Of a stretch of DNA of 64,000 nt, positions 36,338 to 46,561 are shown in pieces (position 1 is the first letter of the stretch; each line of letters starts with the position of its first letter). The stretch covers positions 255,018 through 319,017 of the forward strand of contig JAHFSX010000003.1 in NCBI GenBank assembly GCA_023269675.1, given 5' to 3'. Under the pieces are notes generated by a model. The model saw only the letters and a list, made by a program, of their open reading frames with translations, was not told where the DNA came from and searched no databases. Position numbers and translations under genes: made by a program. The DNA comes from Verrucomicrobiota bacterium (lineage in GTDB: Bacteria; Verrucomicrobiota; Kiritimatiellia; RFP12; UBA1067).

Positions 36338-37894
36338 ATGAGCGAGATGTTCTGTTTCCAATGCGAACAAACGGCGGGCGGCAAAGGCTGCACGCACAGC
36401 GGCGTCTGCGGCAAGAAGCCGGCCTCGGCCCGGCTGCAGGATGAGATCACCGCCAACATGGTCACGCTGGCCCGCGCCCTCGACGGCAAACCCGCCTGCC
36501 CGGGCTGCGAGTCGCTCTTCATGGACGCGCTGTTCATGACCGTCACCAACGTCAACTTCGACGACGCGGACCTTGCCGCCATGCGCGACCGCGTCCAGAG
36601 CGCGGTCGTCAAGGCCGGCGGCGCCCCCGCGTACAACCCGGATGACCTCTTCCACGGCAATCAGGACATCGTCTCGCTGCGCTCCACCCTGCTCTTCGGC
36701 CTGCGCGGCATGGCGGCCTACGCTCACCATGCCCGCGTGCTGGGCAAGACCGATCCCGAAGTCTCGGGCTGGCTGGTCAAAGGCATGAAGGCCGTGGGCG
36801 ACGACCACAGCGTCGAAGCGTGGATCGGCCTGATCATGGAGTTCGGCATGATCAACCTGAAGTGCATGGGGCTGCTCGACGCCGCCAACACCGAGACCTA
36901 CGGCCACCCGGTGCCGACCACGGTCTCGACCAACCGCTACAAAGGCCCCTTCGTCGTCATCACCGGCCACGACCTGCACGACCTTAAGATGCTGCTGGAG
37001 CAGACCGAGGGCAAGGGCGTCGACGTCTACACCCACGGCGAGATGCTGCCCGCGTGCGCCTATCCGGAGCTCAAGAAGTACACCCAGCTCAAGGGCAACT
37101 TCGGCACCGCGTGGCAGAACCAGCAGAAGGAGTTCGACGGCCTGCCCGGCGTCGTGCTCTTCACCACGAACTGCATCATGCCGCCCAAGCCCTCCTACAC
37201 CGCCAACCTCTACACCACGGCGGAAGTCGGCTGGCCCGGCGTCACGCATATCGCCGCGGATGCTGCCGGCAAGAAGGACTTCTCCGCCCTGATCGCCCAC
37301 GCGATCAAGCTCGGCGGCTGGCAGGCCGAGACCCAGGGCGGCGCCCCGCTGATGACCGGCTTCGCCCGCAACGCGGTCATGTCCGTGGCCGACACGGTGG
37401 TCGGCGCGGTCAAGTCCGGCGCGATCAAGCACATCTTCCTGGTGGGCGGCTGCGACGGCGCCAAGCTCGGACGCGACTATTACACGGAGTTCGTGGAGAA
37501 GGCCCCGAAAGACACGGTCATCCTGACGCTGGCCTGCGGCAAGTTCCGCTTCAACCACCTGCAGTCCAAGCTGGGCGACATCGGCGGCATCCCGCGCCTG
37601 CTCGACATGGGCCAGTGCAACGACGCCTACTCGGCCATCCAGGTGGCGGTCACGCTCGCCAAGGTGTTCAACTGCGGCGTCAATGAACTGCCCCTCACGC
37701 TCATCCTCTCCTGGTATGAGCAGAAGGCGGTCTGCATCCTGCTGACGCTGCTGGCGCTCGGGATCAAGAACATCCGCATCGGGCCCAGCCTGCCCGCGTT
37801 CCTCTCGCCCACCGTGCTGAACGTGCTGGTCGAGAAGTTCGGCCTCACGCCCATCACGACGGCGGAAGCGGACCTCAAGACGATTCTCGGGTAG
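36338..37894 (+). CDS. hcp: hybrid-cluster protein (hydroxylamine reductase / NO-detoxifying)
   Basis: Hallmark N-terminus MFCFQCEQT..GC; 518 aa; conserved hybrid-cluster Cys/His/Glu ligand regions. Confidence 0.9.
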   Translation: MSEMFCFQCEQTAGGKGCTHSGVCGKKPASARLQDEITANMVTLARALDGKPACPGCESLFMDALFMTVTNVNFDDADLAAMRDRVQSAVVKAGGAPAYNPDDLFHGNQDIVSLRSTLLFGLRGMAAYAHHARVLGKTDPEVSGWLVKGMKAVGDDHSVEAWIGLIMEFGMINLKCMGLLDAANTETYGHPVPTTVSTNRYKGPFVVITGHDLHDLKMLLEQTEGKGVDVYTHGEMLPACAYPELKKYTQLKGNFGTAWQNQQKEFDGLPGVVLFTTNCIMPPKPSYTANLYTTAEVGWPGVTHIAADAAGKKDFSALIAHAIKLGGWQAETQGGAPLMTGFARNAVMSVADTVVGAVKSGAIKHIFLVGGCDGAKLGRDYYTEFVEKAPKDTVILTLACGKFRFNHLQSKLGDIGGIPRLLDMGQCNDAYSAIQVAVTLAKVFNCGVNELPLTLILSWYEQKAVCILLTLLALGIKNIRIGPSLPAFLSPTVLNVLVEKFGLTPITTAEADLKTILG

Positions 37895-37899
37895 CTGGC

Positions 37900-37960
37900 A
37901 AAACCGACCGCGCCCGGGGGGCGCGGGCTCTCCGGGCACGCTCCCCGCGGCCGGTTTTTT
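37900..37960 (+). terminator. rho-independent terminator of hcp (AAACCGACCGCG...CGCGGCCGGTTT stem enclosing GC hairpins, then T6)
   Basis: 12-bp outer stem with 1 mismatch followed by TTTTTT at 37955-37960. Confidence 0.7.
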
Positions 37961-38529
37961 GCAAGAGTCTCAAAATAAAATATACGTCTCATCCTTTACG
38001 GCGCGCTCCTCACCGGGCGCGCCGGTTTCGTTTTCTGAACCATCCTGCCGCGCCCGGAGGACGCGGGCCGCCTGGTTGGCGCGGGCTCGCCGAGCACGCC
38101 TAAAGGAGTCGCTGGGTGATTAAGCGCACGGCCGCATGGACGATGTTGAGTGCGCGGACCTGGCCGCGCTTTCCGGGCGGGTGCCTGAACCCGCCCGCGT
38201 CGCCCGCGTCGCACGCGGCGGGCAGCGCCGGAGAAAAAGCGCCCGGAGCCGGGCGCACTCAAAGCCGCGCCGTCAACCTGTGCGCGTCCCTGTTCTCTTC
38301 CGGGTTTCCCACACAGGGTTGAAATCGAACGCAAGATGCGGAGAGCGTTGTGTGTCTGGCCAGTGTCCCAAGGAACAAGCCGTGGTATTCACACGGCCGG
38401 GATGATGTCCCAAATGGAAAACGCTGGACGTTCCAGCGGGCGGGGGTATAGGCTCTCTCTTCAAAGTCATGGGCGGGGCGTTTCGCGCGGAAAGCGGGCG
38501 CGGCGGCCTGCCAGGGGAGGGAATACGGC

Positions 38530-39846
38530 GTGAGAAAAGAGTTTGGAATTGTGTTGGGCCTGGCGCTGGCTCTGACGGCTGCGGCACAGGAAGGGGGGCT
38601 TCCCGATGTCGCGCCGCAAGCGGGCTGGGATACGTTGCCGCCGGTGACCGCGGCCCCGGGGGATTGGCCGTGGTGGCGCGGGCCGAATTTCGACAATGTC
38701 GCGCCCGCGGGACAGAAACCGCCGGTGGCGTGGGGCGCGGACTCGAATATCGTGTGGCGCGTGCGGCTACCGGGCGTGGGACACTCCTCGCCGTGCGTGG
38801 TCGGCGACCGGATCTACATCACGTCCGGAGAGAAGACGCAAGCGCAATCAGCCGTGTGGCTCTTTTGCCTGGAGCGGGCCACCGGCAAGACGGTGTGGCA
38901 GACCGAACTCTACAAGGGCGCCACACCGAGAATGCACCCTGACAATGCGCTCGCCTCGGCCACCCCCGCCTGCGACGGCGAGCGCGTGTTTGTGCCGGTT
39001 CAGAGCAACACGTCGGTCATTACGGTGGCGGTGGGTTTGGACGGCAAGGTGCTGTGGAATCAGACGGTCGCGCCGTACAACACGATCCAGGGATACTCGG
39101 CCTCGCTGACCTTTTACAAGTCGGCGGTGATCGTGCCGGTCGAGGGGCCGAAGGGCTGCTATCTGACGGCGCTGCACCGGGGATCCGGCGCAGTGGTGTG
39201 GCGCAAGGCTCTCCGTTCGGTCGTCGAGAGCTACGCTCCCGCGCTGGTCAGGCATGTGGCGGGGCGCGATCAGCTGCTGCTGATCGGCGGCACGAGCACG
39301 CGCGCCTACGATCCCGAAAACGGCGCGCTGCTGTGGGAGTGCGAGGGACCTGCGAGGACCTGCGTGGCGACGCCGGTTGCCGACCGCGACACGGTCTATG
39401 CGACCGGCGGGTATCCGGGGCGGAATTTCATCGCCATCCGCGCCGACGGCGCGGGCAATGTGACGAAAAGCCATCTGACGTGGTCAGGAGACGCCAAGGC
39501 GGGCTATGTGCCGTCGCCGGTGTTTGACGAGGGATTGTTGTATGCGGTCGCCGACCAGGGGCTGATGCGCTGTTACGAGGCGGCCGACGGCCGCGTGCTT
39601 TGGGAGCGGGACTTCAAGGCCCCGTTCTATTCGTCGCCGACCTTGGCGGGAAACGCCCTTTATGTGTTCGACCGCAAAGGCAAAGGATACGTCGTGCCGA
39701 CCGGTCGCGCGGCCGGTACGATACTGACGAACGAACTGCCTTCCGGCGTGTTCGCCACACCGGTGATTCTGGAAGGGCGCATCTATCTGCGGACACTGGG
39801 CGATTTCTTGTGCATCGGCGAGAAGCCGCTCAGCCAGACAAGGTGA
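38530..39846 (+). CDS. secreted PQQ-like beta-propeller repeat protein (BamB/YVTN-type)
   Basis: GTG start after GGGAGGG SD; signal peptide; repeated ...G.VLW / A.tGk.vW blade motifs. Confidence 0.6.
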   Translation: MRKEFGIVLGLALALTAAAQEGGLPDVAPQAGWDTLPPVTAAPGDWPWWRGPNFDNVAPAGQKPPVAWGADSNIVWRVRLPGVGHSSPCVVGDRIYITSGEKTQAQSAVWLFCLERATGKTVWQTELYKGATPRMHPDNALASATPACDGERVFVPVQSNTSVITVAVGLDGKVLWNQTVAPYNTIQGYSASLTFYKSAVIVPVEGPKGCYLTALHRGSGAVVWRKALRSVVESYAPALVRHVAGRDQLLLIGGTSTRAYDPENGALLWECEGPARTCVATPVADRDTVYATGGYPGRNFIAIRADGAGNVTKSHLTWSGDAKAGYVPSPVFDEGLLYAVADQGLMRCYEAADGRVLWERDFKAPFYSSPTLAGNALYVFDRKGKGYVVPTGRAAGTILTNELPSGVFATPVILEGRIYLRTLGDFLCIGEKPLSQTR

Positions 39847-39976
39847 ATATCGTCAACTGCAGAGCCAGCAGATTAAAAAACGTTTCTCATGCGCACCCTG
39901 TTTGATTTCTGACTCATCATCGGGGCCCCCTTTTTGACAGGTCACCTGTGGCGAAGCCGACGCTCTTCTCCGGAAG

Positions 39977-42841
39977 CTACGGAAGCTCTAGCGGAGCGTC
40001 TTCCGTCAGTTCGATCGTCTTGCTGTTGCCGCACAGGTCCAGCACGCTGAGTTTGAGCGTTTTTTCCTGACCGGGGGCGGGGTCGCCGAAAAGGTCCGCA
40101 TACTTGCCCAGGTCTGTCCTGAACTTGCCTTTGAAAGCGGCCTGCACCGTTTGGGTAACATCCTTGCCGGCCGGTTCGACGCGCGTGTCGGTCGCGTAAA
40201 CGCGGAGGCGCAGCGCCGTGGCGTCGCAGACGTAACTCCCGTTGTTGCCGATCGCTAGGTCGACGTTTCTTCCCAGATCGCCGGGGTTGATCCGAACGAC
40301 GAACTCCGAGTTGCGGGTATGGCTTGTCGTTCCTTCCGATCCCCGCGTGAGGACGTTGAGAACCACCGGGGTCTGGTCATCTTTCCAGTTAACGGCTTTC
40401 AATGAAACGCCATTGCCGCCGCGATTGGTCAGCTTCTTTCCAGAGATCACGATGCCTTTGCCGGAAAGCTGCGGGCCTGGCGACCAGCGAATCACGTTAT
40501 AGCTGGCGAGATCGGCGATCGGATGTGTCAGCAGATACTGCTTCCGCTCGTTCGCCGGGATAACCCGGTCGAACAATTCCTTTGTGTAGTGCTGCCCCCA
40601 GTTTTTCTCCATGTTCTCCGCAGGCAGGTAGTCGGCGAAAAAGCCCAGCGCGTTGCCGCCTTGCAGACCGTAAGCGTATCCCAGCGGACAGCCGTCAACT
40701 TTGAAGCTGGAATTCAGCTGCGTCTTGTCTGTCTCTTTGGCGGTGGACAACAGACCGTCGTTCCGGCAGTTGAAGAGCGACCACGAGCCCGATTTCGACG
40801 TGTCCGGGAACGCAGCCGGCACATCCGGCTTGGCCTGAGGATTCCGGTAATCGGCCGCCAGATCGGCAACCGGCTCACCCTCGGCAGCGAACAGTTCCTT
40901 CCAGCTGCGATCACTTTTGGGGCCGTACCACGCGAACGTGATCTCGCCATTGGCCGACTTGCGGGGCTCTGAAAGCAATTCGTCGTCCATGATGCGTAGC
41001 GGCCGCGTATCAGCGAGGTCCGGGACCTTGAAATAGACGTCGATGCCGTCGGGATCGACGAATTCCGTCAGAACGACATCGACCGGCTCACCTGTGCGTT
41101 CGGGGTTCGTCCATGCCTTGACGATGACCTTCTGCCCGTCGGGGCGGATTCTGTCGTCAGGAACCGGGTTCCCGATGCTGGCCGGATCGAGAACCAGCTC
41201 ACGCGGGCTCGGGCACTTTGTGAGCACAGCCGCGTTCAGTTTGTCGCTGAACGTGAACAGGACCGGTCCGCGCAAAAGGGCGACCCGGCCGTCCTGAATC
41301 ATCCGGCCTCGGACGAAACGCCAGGTCATCGGCATGGACAAGGACAGCGCATCGCCGGATTTCCAAACCCGTTTGACGGTGGCGTAGCCGAGTTCGGATG
41401 TGTTCAGCGGGAAAGGCACATTGCACACGGAACTCGTCATGTTTTCCGCCCAGCGCGGGGTGCGGAACATGAACGCGAACTCGACCGGCTCTGAGCACGT
41501 GAACGACAGTTTGACCTCGCCGGAATTCGGGTATGAGGTTTCCTGTTTGATCGTAACGGTCTTGCCGTTGACATCGAAGGTCTTGTCAGATCGTGTGAAC
41601 AGGTTCAGCGCGATGCCGTTGTCCGGGGTACGGTAGTACACCTTCTGCGGCAGTTCGGCTACCGCGCGTCGGAAGTTCCCGTTGCAGCAAAAGGTATCGA
41701 TCGTCTGAAAATGCCGCTTCCCCGTAAACGGCGTGAAGTAGCAGATGCGGCGGCCGTCCGGTGCCTGTGCCGCGAACAGGGCGTTGTAGATCGTCCGCTC
41801 CATGATGTCCCCGTACCGCAGGTCGCCTTCCAGCCGCATGAGGCTGTCAACCCAGCGGAGCAGGTAGGCCGAGACGCAGGATTCTTCGACAGCCCCCGAA
41901 CCATCCTGATTGTACGTGAAGTGCTCCCCCTGGGAGGTTGAGCCGGTAACCAGCAGCCCGCCGTGTCCCCGCTCGAACAACTCCTGCTTCATCCACAGAC
42001 TTTTCTTGAGGTAGTCCTCGCCGCCGAGCAACCGATACAGCTCCGTGTCGGGGTACATGTGCGACAGCATCACGTAGACATGGTAGCGGGACTGCGCGAT
42101 GTTCTTCTCCCAGGCGTCATACGGTTTCAGGTAGTACCAGTGCGGCTCATATTGCAGCTGCCTGGCGAACTCGAGATATCTCCGCTCTCCAGTCACGCGA
42201 TACAGCTCGACGAACCCTTCCGTGATTCCCGCAATGGAGGTTCCGGCGGGAATGATATGTTCTCCATCCCTATTGGCGGGGAACATCCGCATGATGTAGT
42301 CCGCCATGATCTTCGCGTCCGCCAGGGCCTGGGTGTTCCCCGTCACCCGGTAGTTCCGCACCAGCGCCAGGTTGAGGTACTCCTGCTCGTGGAGGATCCA
42401 ATTGACAACGTTCTGGTGGTTGTTCGATTCGACGTTCCAGAAACCTTGGTATCCGTCCGGATCGCGCGCGCTCCGCAGCTGATCCATGATGTGCTGGGCG
42501 CGTTCGGCCACTTTCGGCTCGCCGGTGTATTGCGCAAACAGGCTGCCCGCGTCCAGAACCTTGCCGATGCCGTAGTACACGTTGCATTTGTCCCCGCGCG
42601 CGGTCCGGTTCCGAAACTTGTCCAGCCAGTCCCGGTCCAGGTCGAGAACCATGTAGTTCTTGTCGATCAAGTCCATGATGCGCCGGTCGAGTTCACCCCC
42701 CGTCATTTCCCGGTGAGTGAGCCTTGCCGCAATCAGCTTGTCGCCCATGATCGGCTTGACGACATCCCGTTCGCCCAGAGCCAGTGCGCCTGTCGCGGAA
42801 ACGAGCATTACGAGGGTGAAGAACCGTCGGAGGTGTTGCAT
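39977..42841 (-). CDS. glycoside hydrolase family 127-like (beta-L-arabinofuranosidase, DUF1680) protein
   Basis: AVEESC (Glu-x-Cys) and FCCNGN (adjacent Cys pair) match the Zn/catalytic Cys pattern of HypBA1-type GH127; signal peptide MQHLRRFFTLVMLVSATGALA (track ORF starts 42934). Confidence 0.65.
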   Translation of the reverse strand: MQHLRRFFTLVMLVSATGALALGERDVVKPIMGDKLIAARLTHREMTGGELDRRIMDLIDKNYMVLDLDRDWLDKFRNRTARGDKCNVYYGIGKVLDAGSLFAQYTGEPKVAERAQHIMDQLRSARDPDGYQGFWNVESNNHQNVVNWILHEQEYLNLALVRNYRVTGNTQALADAKIMADYIMRMFPANRDGEHIIPAGTSIAGITEGFVELYRVTGERRYLEFARQLQYEPHWYYLKPYDAWEKNIAQSRYHVYVMLSHMYPDTELYRLLGGEDYLKKSLWMKQELFERGHGGLLVTGSTSQGEHFTYNQDGSGAVEESCVSAYLLRWVDSLMRLEGDLRYGDIMERTIYNALFAAQAPDGRRICYFTPFTGKRHFQTIDTFCCNGNFRRAVAELPQKVYYRTPDNGIALNLFTRSDKTFDVNGKTVTIKQETSYPNSGEVKLSFTCSEPVEFAFMFRTPRWAENMTSSVCNVPFPLNTSELGYATVKRVWKSGDALSLSMPMTWRFVRGRMIQDGRVALLRGPVLFTFSDKLNAAVLTKCPSPRELVLDPASIGNPVPDDRIRPDGQKVIVKAWTNPERTGEPVDVVLTEFVDPDGIDVYFKVPDLADTRPLRIMDDELLSEPRKSANGEITFAWYGPKSDRSWKELFAAEGEPVADLAADYRNPQAKPDVPAAFPDTSKSGSWSLFNCRNDGLLSTAKETDKTQLNSSFKVDGCPLGYAYGLQGGNALGFFADYLPAENMEKNWGQHYTKELFDRVIPANERKQYLLTHPIADLASYNVIRWSPGPQLSGKGIVISGKKLTNRGGNGVSLKAVNWKDDQTPVVLNVLTRGSEGTTSHTRNSEFVVRINPGDLGRNVDLAIGNNGSYVCDATALRLRVYATDTRVEPAGKDVTQTVQAAFKGKFRTDLGKYADLFGDPAPGQEKTLKLSVLDLCGNSKTIELTEDAPLELP

Positions 42842-42851
42842 AGGGCCCTTT

Positions 42852-45800
42852 CTATTTGTATCCCAGAACGTCGAGCTGTCGGTCAAAACCGGGAGGCAGC
42901 GGCGCGGGCGGTTTCTCTGTGTCGCGTGCCGCATAGCGCAGAAGGTTGAGTAAGAGGCGTCCGGCGGCGGGATGGCTCGCCAGGTTCTCGCGGATGCGCA
43001 GGGTGTTCAGAACGAAGCTGCCCGCGCCGAGGTTGTAGACCGAAACCATCAGCCCCGAATCGTAATCTTGCGAGGCTTTAACCGCGCCTGCAACGGCTTC
43101 GGACGGGGGCTCCTGGCCAGAGAACACCAGATCGGGGATCAGCTCGCGGTAGCAGGTATAGTCCATCAGCCCGCCCGACGGGAGCCCCTCGAAGATCGGA
43201 TGAGCCTTCGACCACTCATCCTTGAGGTAGAGCCAGCCGCGGATCGGTTTCGCCGTGCCTTTGTTCGCCAGCGGCAGCCAGGCGGTCGGCTGGTCGCCCT
43301 GCGCGAACACTTCGGGTGAAAGAAAGACGACGGTGGCGCCTGAAGCGATCCGCTTAGCGAGCTCGCGGAAGGCCGCGGCGCCGCCGGGTGCGGGCGGTTT
43401 CGGCGCGGCGAGAATCACCTCGCGCTTCGCCGGGGCAACGGACGCGAACGGTCGCGTGCGGACGCCGCGATCACTGAGCCATTTTGCCGTCGCGGCGTCG
43501 TCGCCCCACAGGACCACTTCGGACGTCACGGACGGCAGGTCGGCCGGATCGCTCACGTGGAATGTCGCAGATCCGCCCGCCGCGGCCGCGCCGCGCTCGA
43601 AGGTGGCCAGGAAGCGGTATTCGCCTGCAGGGCCGTCGATGGCAACGTCTTCAGAGAACCAGAGTTTTGCGAAGGGCGGTTCGTTCGTTCCGCTGTTGCG
43701 CGGGGGAATCGTCACCGTGAGCGTGCGCTCCATCGCGCGGGTCATGCGGGGGCCGATCACCTGCAGCCGCACGGGATAGTCGCCGGGTGCGAGGACATCC
43801 TCGTTCGCAAGCACCGCTTCCAGATGGACTTTTCCGCCCTTGGCGATGTGGGCGGGTTCGGCGAACAGGCACCAGCGCAGCGGATACCAGCCGTCGAAGA
43901 TCGCGTCGATCGTGCCGGGCTTCAGCTCACGGAACAGCGTGGTGAGGCCTTCGCCGCACAGCACATGGTCGGTCGCGCCGGTCAGGTTGTGGGCGACAAT
44001 GTTCGGATTCGAGCGGATCGCGTTGAGGCACAGGGTTCGCTGTCCGGCCATTTTTTTGAGGCTCTCCATAAAGAAATCCTCGGGGCGGGCGAACGTCTCA
44101 TCCAGGCGCCACGCCTTCCAGTCGGACAGGAAGCGGTCGAGCTTGTCGCGCAGATACTGGGCATCCTCGGAGCCCTCGGCCTTCTCCTGTTCGAAGTGTC
44201 GCGCCGCGCGCCACAGGTCGACCGCGCTGCCGATGCCGTATTCGGAAAAGAAAAGCGGCTGGCCGTTGGTGCCGGTGCGCGTGCGCACGTTGTTGATCCC
44301 GCCGGCCGTGCAGGGCACACGCGGGTAGTCGTGCTGGTCGCTCAGCGTGTGCTCCCAGACAGGCGAGCCGGGGTTCGACAGCGTGCCGACCGGAAGATCG
44401 AGGGGATTCTGCTTCCCATAGGCGACAAACGTCGGGGCGACGAGCGTCGCCAGCTTTCCGTATGTCCAGACGCCGTTCGGATTCTTTGCGTCCGAAAAGT
44501 CTGCGGCGGCATCGTAGGTCGTGCCGGCCATGTTGACGAAGAGGTTGAGACCGGTCGTGTCGCCGCCATAGTTTCCGTTGCCCGTGCCGACGGCGAAGTC
44601 GAGCGTATCTCCCTTCGAGATGTTGATCTTCTGCGCAAATACTGCCGCGTTCGGACGGCTCTCCAGATTCAAAAGCGACGTGAAGATCGAACGGCCGTTG
44701 TGAAGGATGTGAATGTCCGTCGTGGCACGTGAGGCGAGACCGGTGAACGCGCCGTCGAGCTCGGCCGTGCCGGATCGGGGGGCTGTCCAGCGGACCGTGC
44801 TGAGTTCGTTGGCGGGACCGGGATGGAGGGCCAGGTGGCCGGATGGCCATGTGATGCCCACCGTGCAGATCGTCGACGTCGTGGCATTGAGAGCCACCCA
44901 CGGTTCTCCGGAGCCGTCCTGAGGCCAAATGCGGAAACCCGTGGCCTGTCCGATCTTGTTTTGGACCGGATGGAGATCCCAGCGCCCGCTGTTCAATATG
45001 ACCATCCGGTCCGGATCGAGTTTACGTATCATCGGCAACATGACGGCAGCATGCCTGAAGGTCGGCCCGTCTTTCGTTTCGTTCAGGAGGCCCCAGGTGA
45101 CCACGCTCGGATGGTTGCGGTCGCGCACAATCAGCTCGCTGACGGCGGCGTCAAAGCGCTCGGCCATCTTGGGCGAGGCCGCGATGGGCCATGCGGCATA
45201 GGACTCCTCGTAAACCATCAGTCCGATCTCGTCGCAAAGGGCCAACTGCATCGGCGTGGCCGCGCCCCAGATGAAGCGCACCATGTTGAAGCCCATGACC
45301 TTCAGGTTCAGCAGGTCGCGCCGCAGCATATCCGGGTCACGCGCGAACTGGAGCCCGACGGGGAAGTGGTTGCAGGTGTGGGTGCTTTTCAGATAGAGCC
45401 GGTGCCCGTTGAGCCGGAAGTAGCCGTCGGCGAAGCGGAAATCGCGGAATCCGCAACGCACGGATCGCTCGGCGAATTCACCGGAGCCGGCGACGGCGAT
45501 GCGGGCGGTGACGCGGTACAGATAGGGGTCGTTCAGGTTCCAGAGGCGCGGGTTGCTGATCGGCAGGTCGGCTTCGACCTGCGAAGACCCGGCGGGCAAG
45601 TCGCGGTCGAGGGTGACCGTCGCCGTGGTTTCGCCGCTGCGGGCCGAGGAGACCGTAAGGGCGACCGTTGCCTTTTGAAGGGCGGTGGTCGCATTGCGCA
45701 CGCCGAGCTGGACACGGATCCTGCCCGCGTCCACGCTGGACGTGGCAGCCGCGAAGAGATCCTCCAGATAGACGGGAGGAACGCAGAGCAGCTCTACGCT

Positions 45801-46385
45801 TTCCGTGATGCCGCCGTGATTGTAGCTGCCGCCGGCAACGTAGTTCGCCCCGCCCTCTTTGCAGCGCCTGGCCGTTTCGCTGAGGCGGATGCCGTCGATG
45901 GGCGCTTCGGTCGGGTTGAGTACGCGCACGGTCAGGCGGTTGACTTGGCCCGGCTTGACGGCCGCTGTGACATCGAGCGAGAAGGGCGTCTCGCCGCCCT
46001 CGTGTCCGCCCACCGGAGCGCCGTTGAGCCAGACCTCGGCCAGATAGTCCACCTGCCAGAAGCGGAGCAGCGTGCGTCCGGCTGCATACGGAGTGGCCGG
46101 CGCCGTGAAGTCGCGCGAATACCAAGCCACGCCATGATAGGCCGGGAATGTCTCCTGAATGATCCACGGCACCTTGGCCGGTTTCGCGCCTTCGCCCGGC
46201 AGTTTCTCGAACCACTTCTGTTCGCGCCCGACGTTCCCCGGGTCGGTGGCCAGCGACCAGACCCCGTCGAGCGGCAGAACAGTGGCGGCGGCCTGTCCGG
46301 CTTGGGCAAACCCCGTCGAAACCGAAGCCGACATGAAAACGCAAAGGCCCCCGAACGATAACCGGAACAGGTGTTTTATCATCAC
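42852..46385 (-). CDS. glycoside hydrolase family 2 protein (beta-galactosidase/mannosidase/glucuronidase-like) with long C-terminal extension
   Basis: GH2 sugar-binding motif WYSRDF...NGAPVGGHEGGETPF; catalytic-region NHPSVVTWGLLNE; signal peptide. Confidence 0.75.
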   Translation of the reverse strand: MMIKHLFRLSFGGLCVFMSASVSTGFAQAGQAAATVLPLDGVWSLATDPGNVGREQKWFEKLPGEGAKPAKVPWIIQETFPAYHGVAWYSRDFTAPATPYAAGRTLLRFWQVDYLAEVWLNGAPVGGHEGGETPFSLDVTAAVKPGQVNRLTVRVLNPTEAPIDGIRLSETARRCKEGGANYVAGGSYNHGGITESVELLCVPPVYLEDLFAAATSSVDAGRIRVQLGVRNATTALQKATVALTVSSARSGETTATVTLDRDLPAGSSQVEADLPISNPRLWNLNDPYLYRVTARIAVAGSGEFAERSVRCGFRDFRFADGYFRLNGHRLYLKSTHTCNHFPVGLQFARDPDMLRRDLLNLKVMGFNMVRFIWGAATPMQLALCDEIGLMVYEESYAAWPIAASPKMAERFDAAVSELIVRDRNHPSVVTWGLLNETKDGPTFRHAAVMLPMIRKLDPDRMVILNSGRWDLHPVQNKIGQATGFRIWPQDGSGEPWVALNATTSTICTVGITWPSGHLALHPGPANELSTVRWTAPRSGTAELDGAFTGLASRATTDIHILHNGRSIFTSLLNLESRPNAAVFAQKINISKGDTLDFAVGTGNGNYGGDTTGLNLFVNMAGTTYDAAADFSDAKNPNGVWTYGKLATLVAPTFVAYGKQNPLDLPVGTLSNPGSPVWEHTLSDQHDYPRVPCTAGGINNVRTRTGTNGQPLFFSEYGIGSAVDLWRAARHFEQEKAEGSEDAQYLRDKLDRFLSDWKAWRLDETFARPEDFFMESLKKMAGQRTLCLNAIRSNPNIVAHNLTGATDHVLCGEGLTTLFRELKPGTIDAIFDGWYPLRWCLFAEPAHIAKGGKVHLEAVLANEDVLAPGDYPVRLQVIGPRMTRAMERTLTVTIPPRNSGTNEPPFAKLWFSEDVAIDGPAGEYRFLATFERGAAAAGGSATFHVSDPADLPSVTSEVVLWGDDAATAKWLSDRGVRTRPFASVAPAKREVILAAPKPPAPGGAAAFRELAKRIASGATVVFLSPEVFAQGDQPTAWLPLANKGTAKPIRGWLYLKDEWSKAHPIFEGLPSGGLMDYTCYRELIPDLVFSGQEPPSEAVAGAVKASQDYDSGLMVSVYNLGAGSFVLNTLRIRENLASHPAAGRLLLNLLRYAARDTEKPPAPLPPGFDRQLDVLGYK

Positions 46386-46419
46386 AATCCCCTCTTCGCA
46401 GACAAACGAAAAGAAACGC

Positions 46420-46437
46420 CACTTAAGTGAAACACTT
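46420..46437. promoter_or_regulatory. overlapping palindromes CACTTAAGTG and AAGTGaaaCACTT in the GH2 / AraC-regulator divergent region (candidate operator)
   Basis: Perfect 10-bp palindrome plus 5+5 inverted repeat; additional TTGCGCAA palindrome and CGCAAA(A)T direct repeat at 46478-46518. Confidence 0.4.
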
Positions 46438-46561
46438 ATAAATCATTAACACTATACGCCCCATTCTATATCCGGGTAAGTCAAATTTGCGCAAAATAAA
46501 TATCAGAATAACGCAAATACCGATTCATGCCGCTGTGCTCTTTATGGTATAAAAACGCGTT

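Noticed and set aside
36287-37939. 550-aa ORF antisense to hcp
   Set aside because: hcp identity is unambiguous (MFCFQCEQT...); the antisense product is low complexity.
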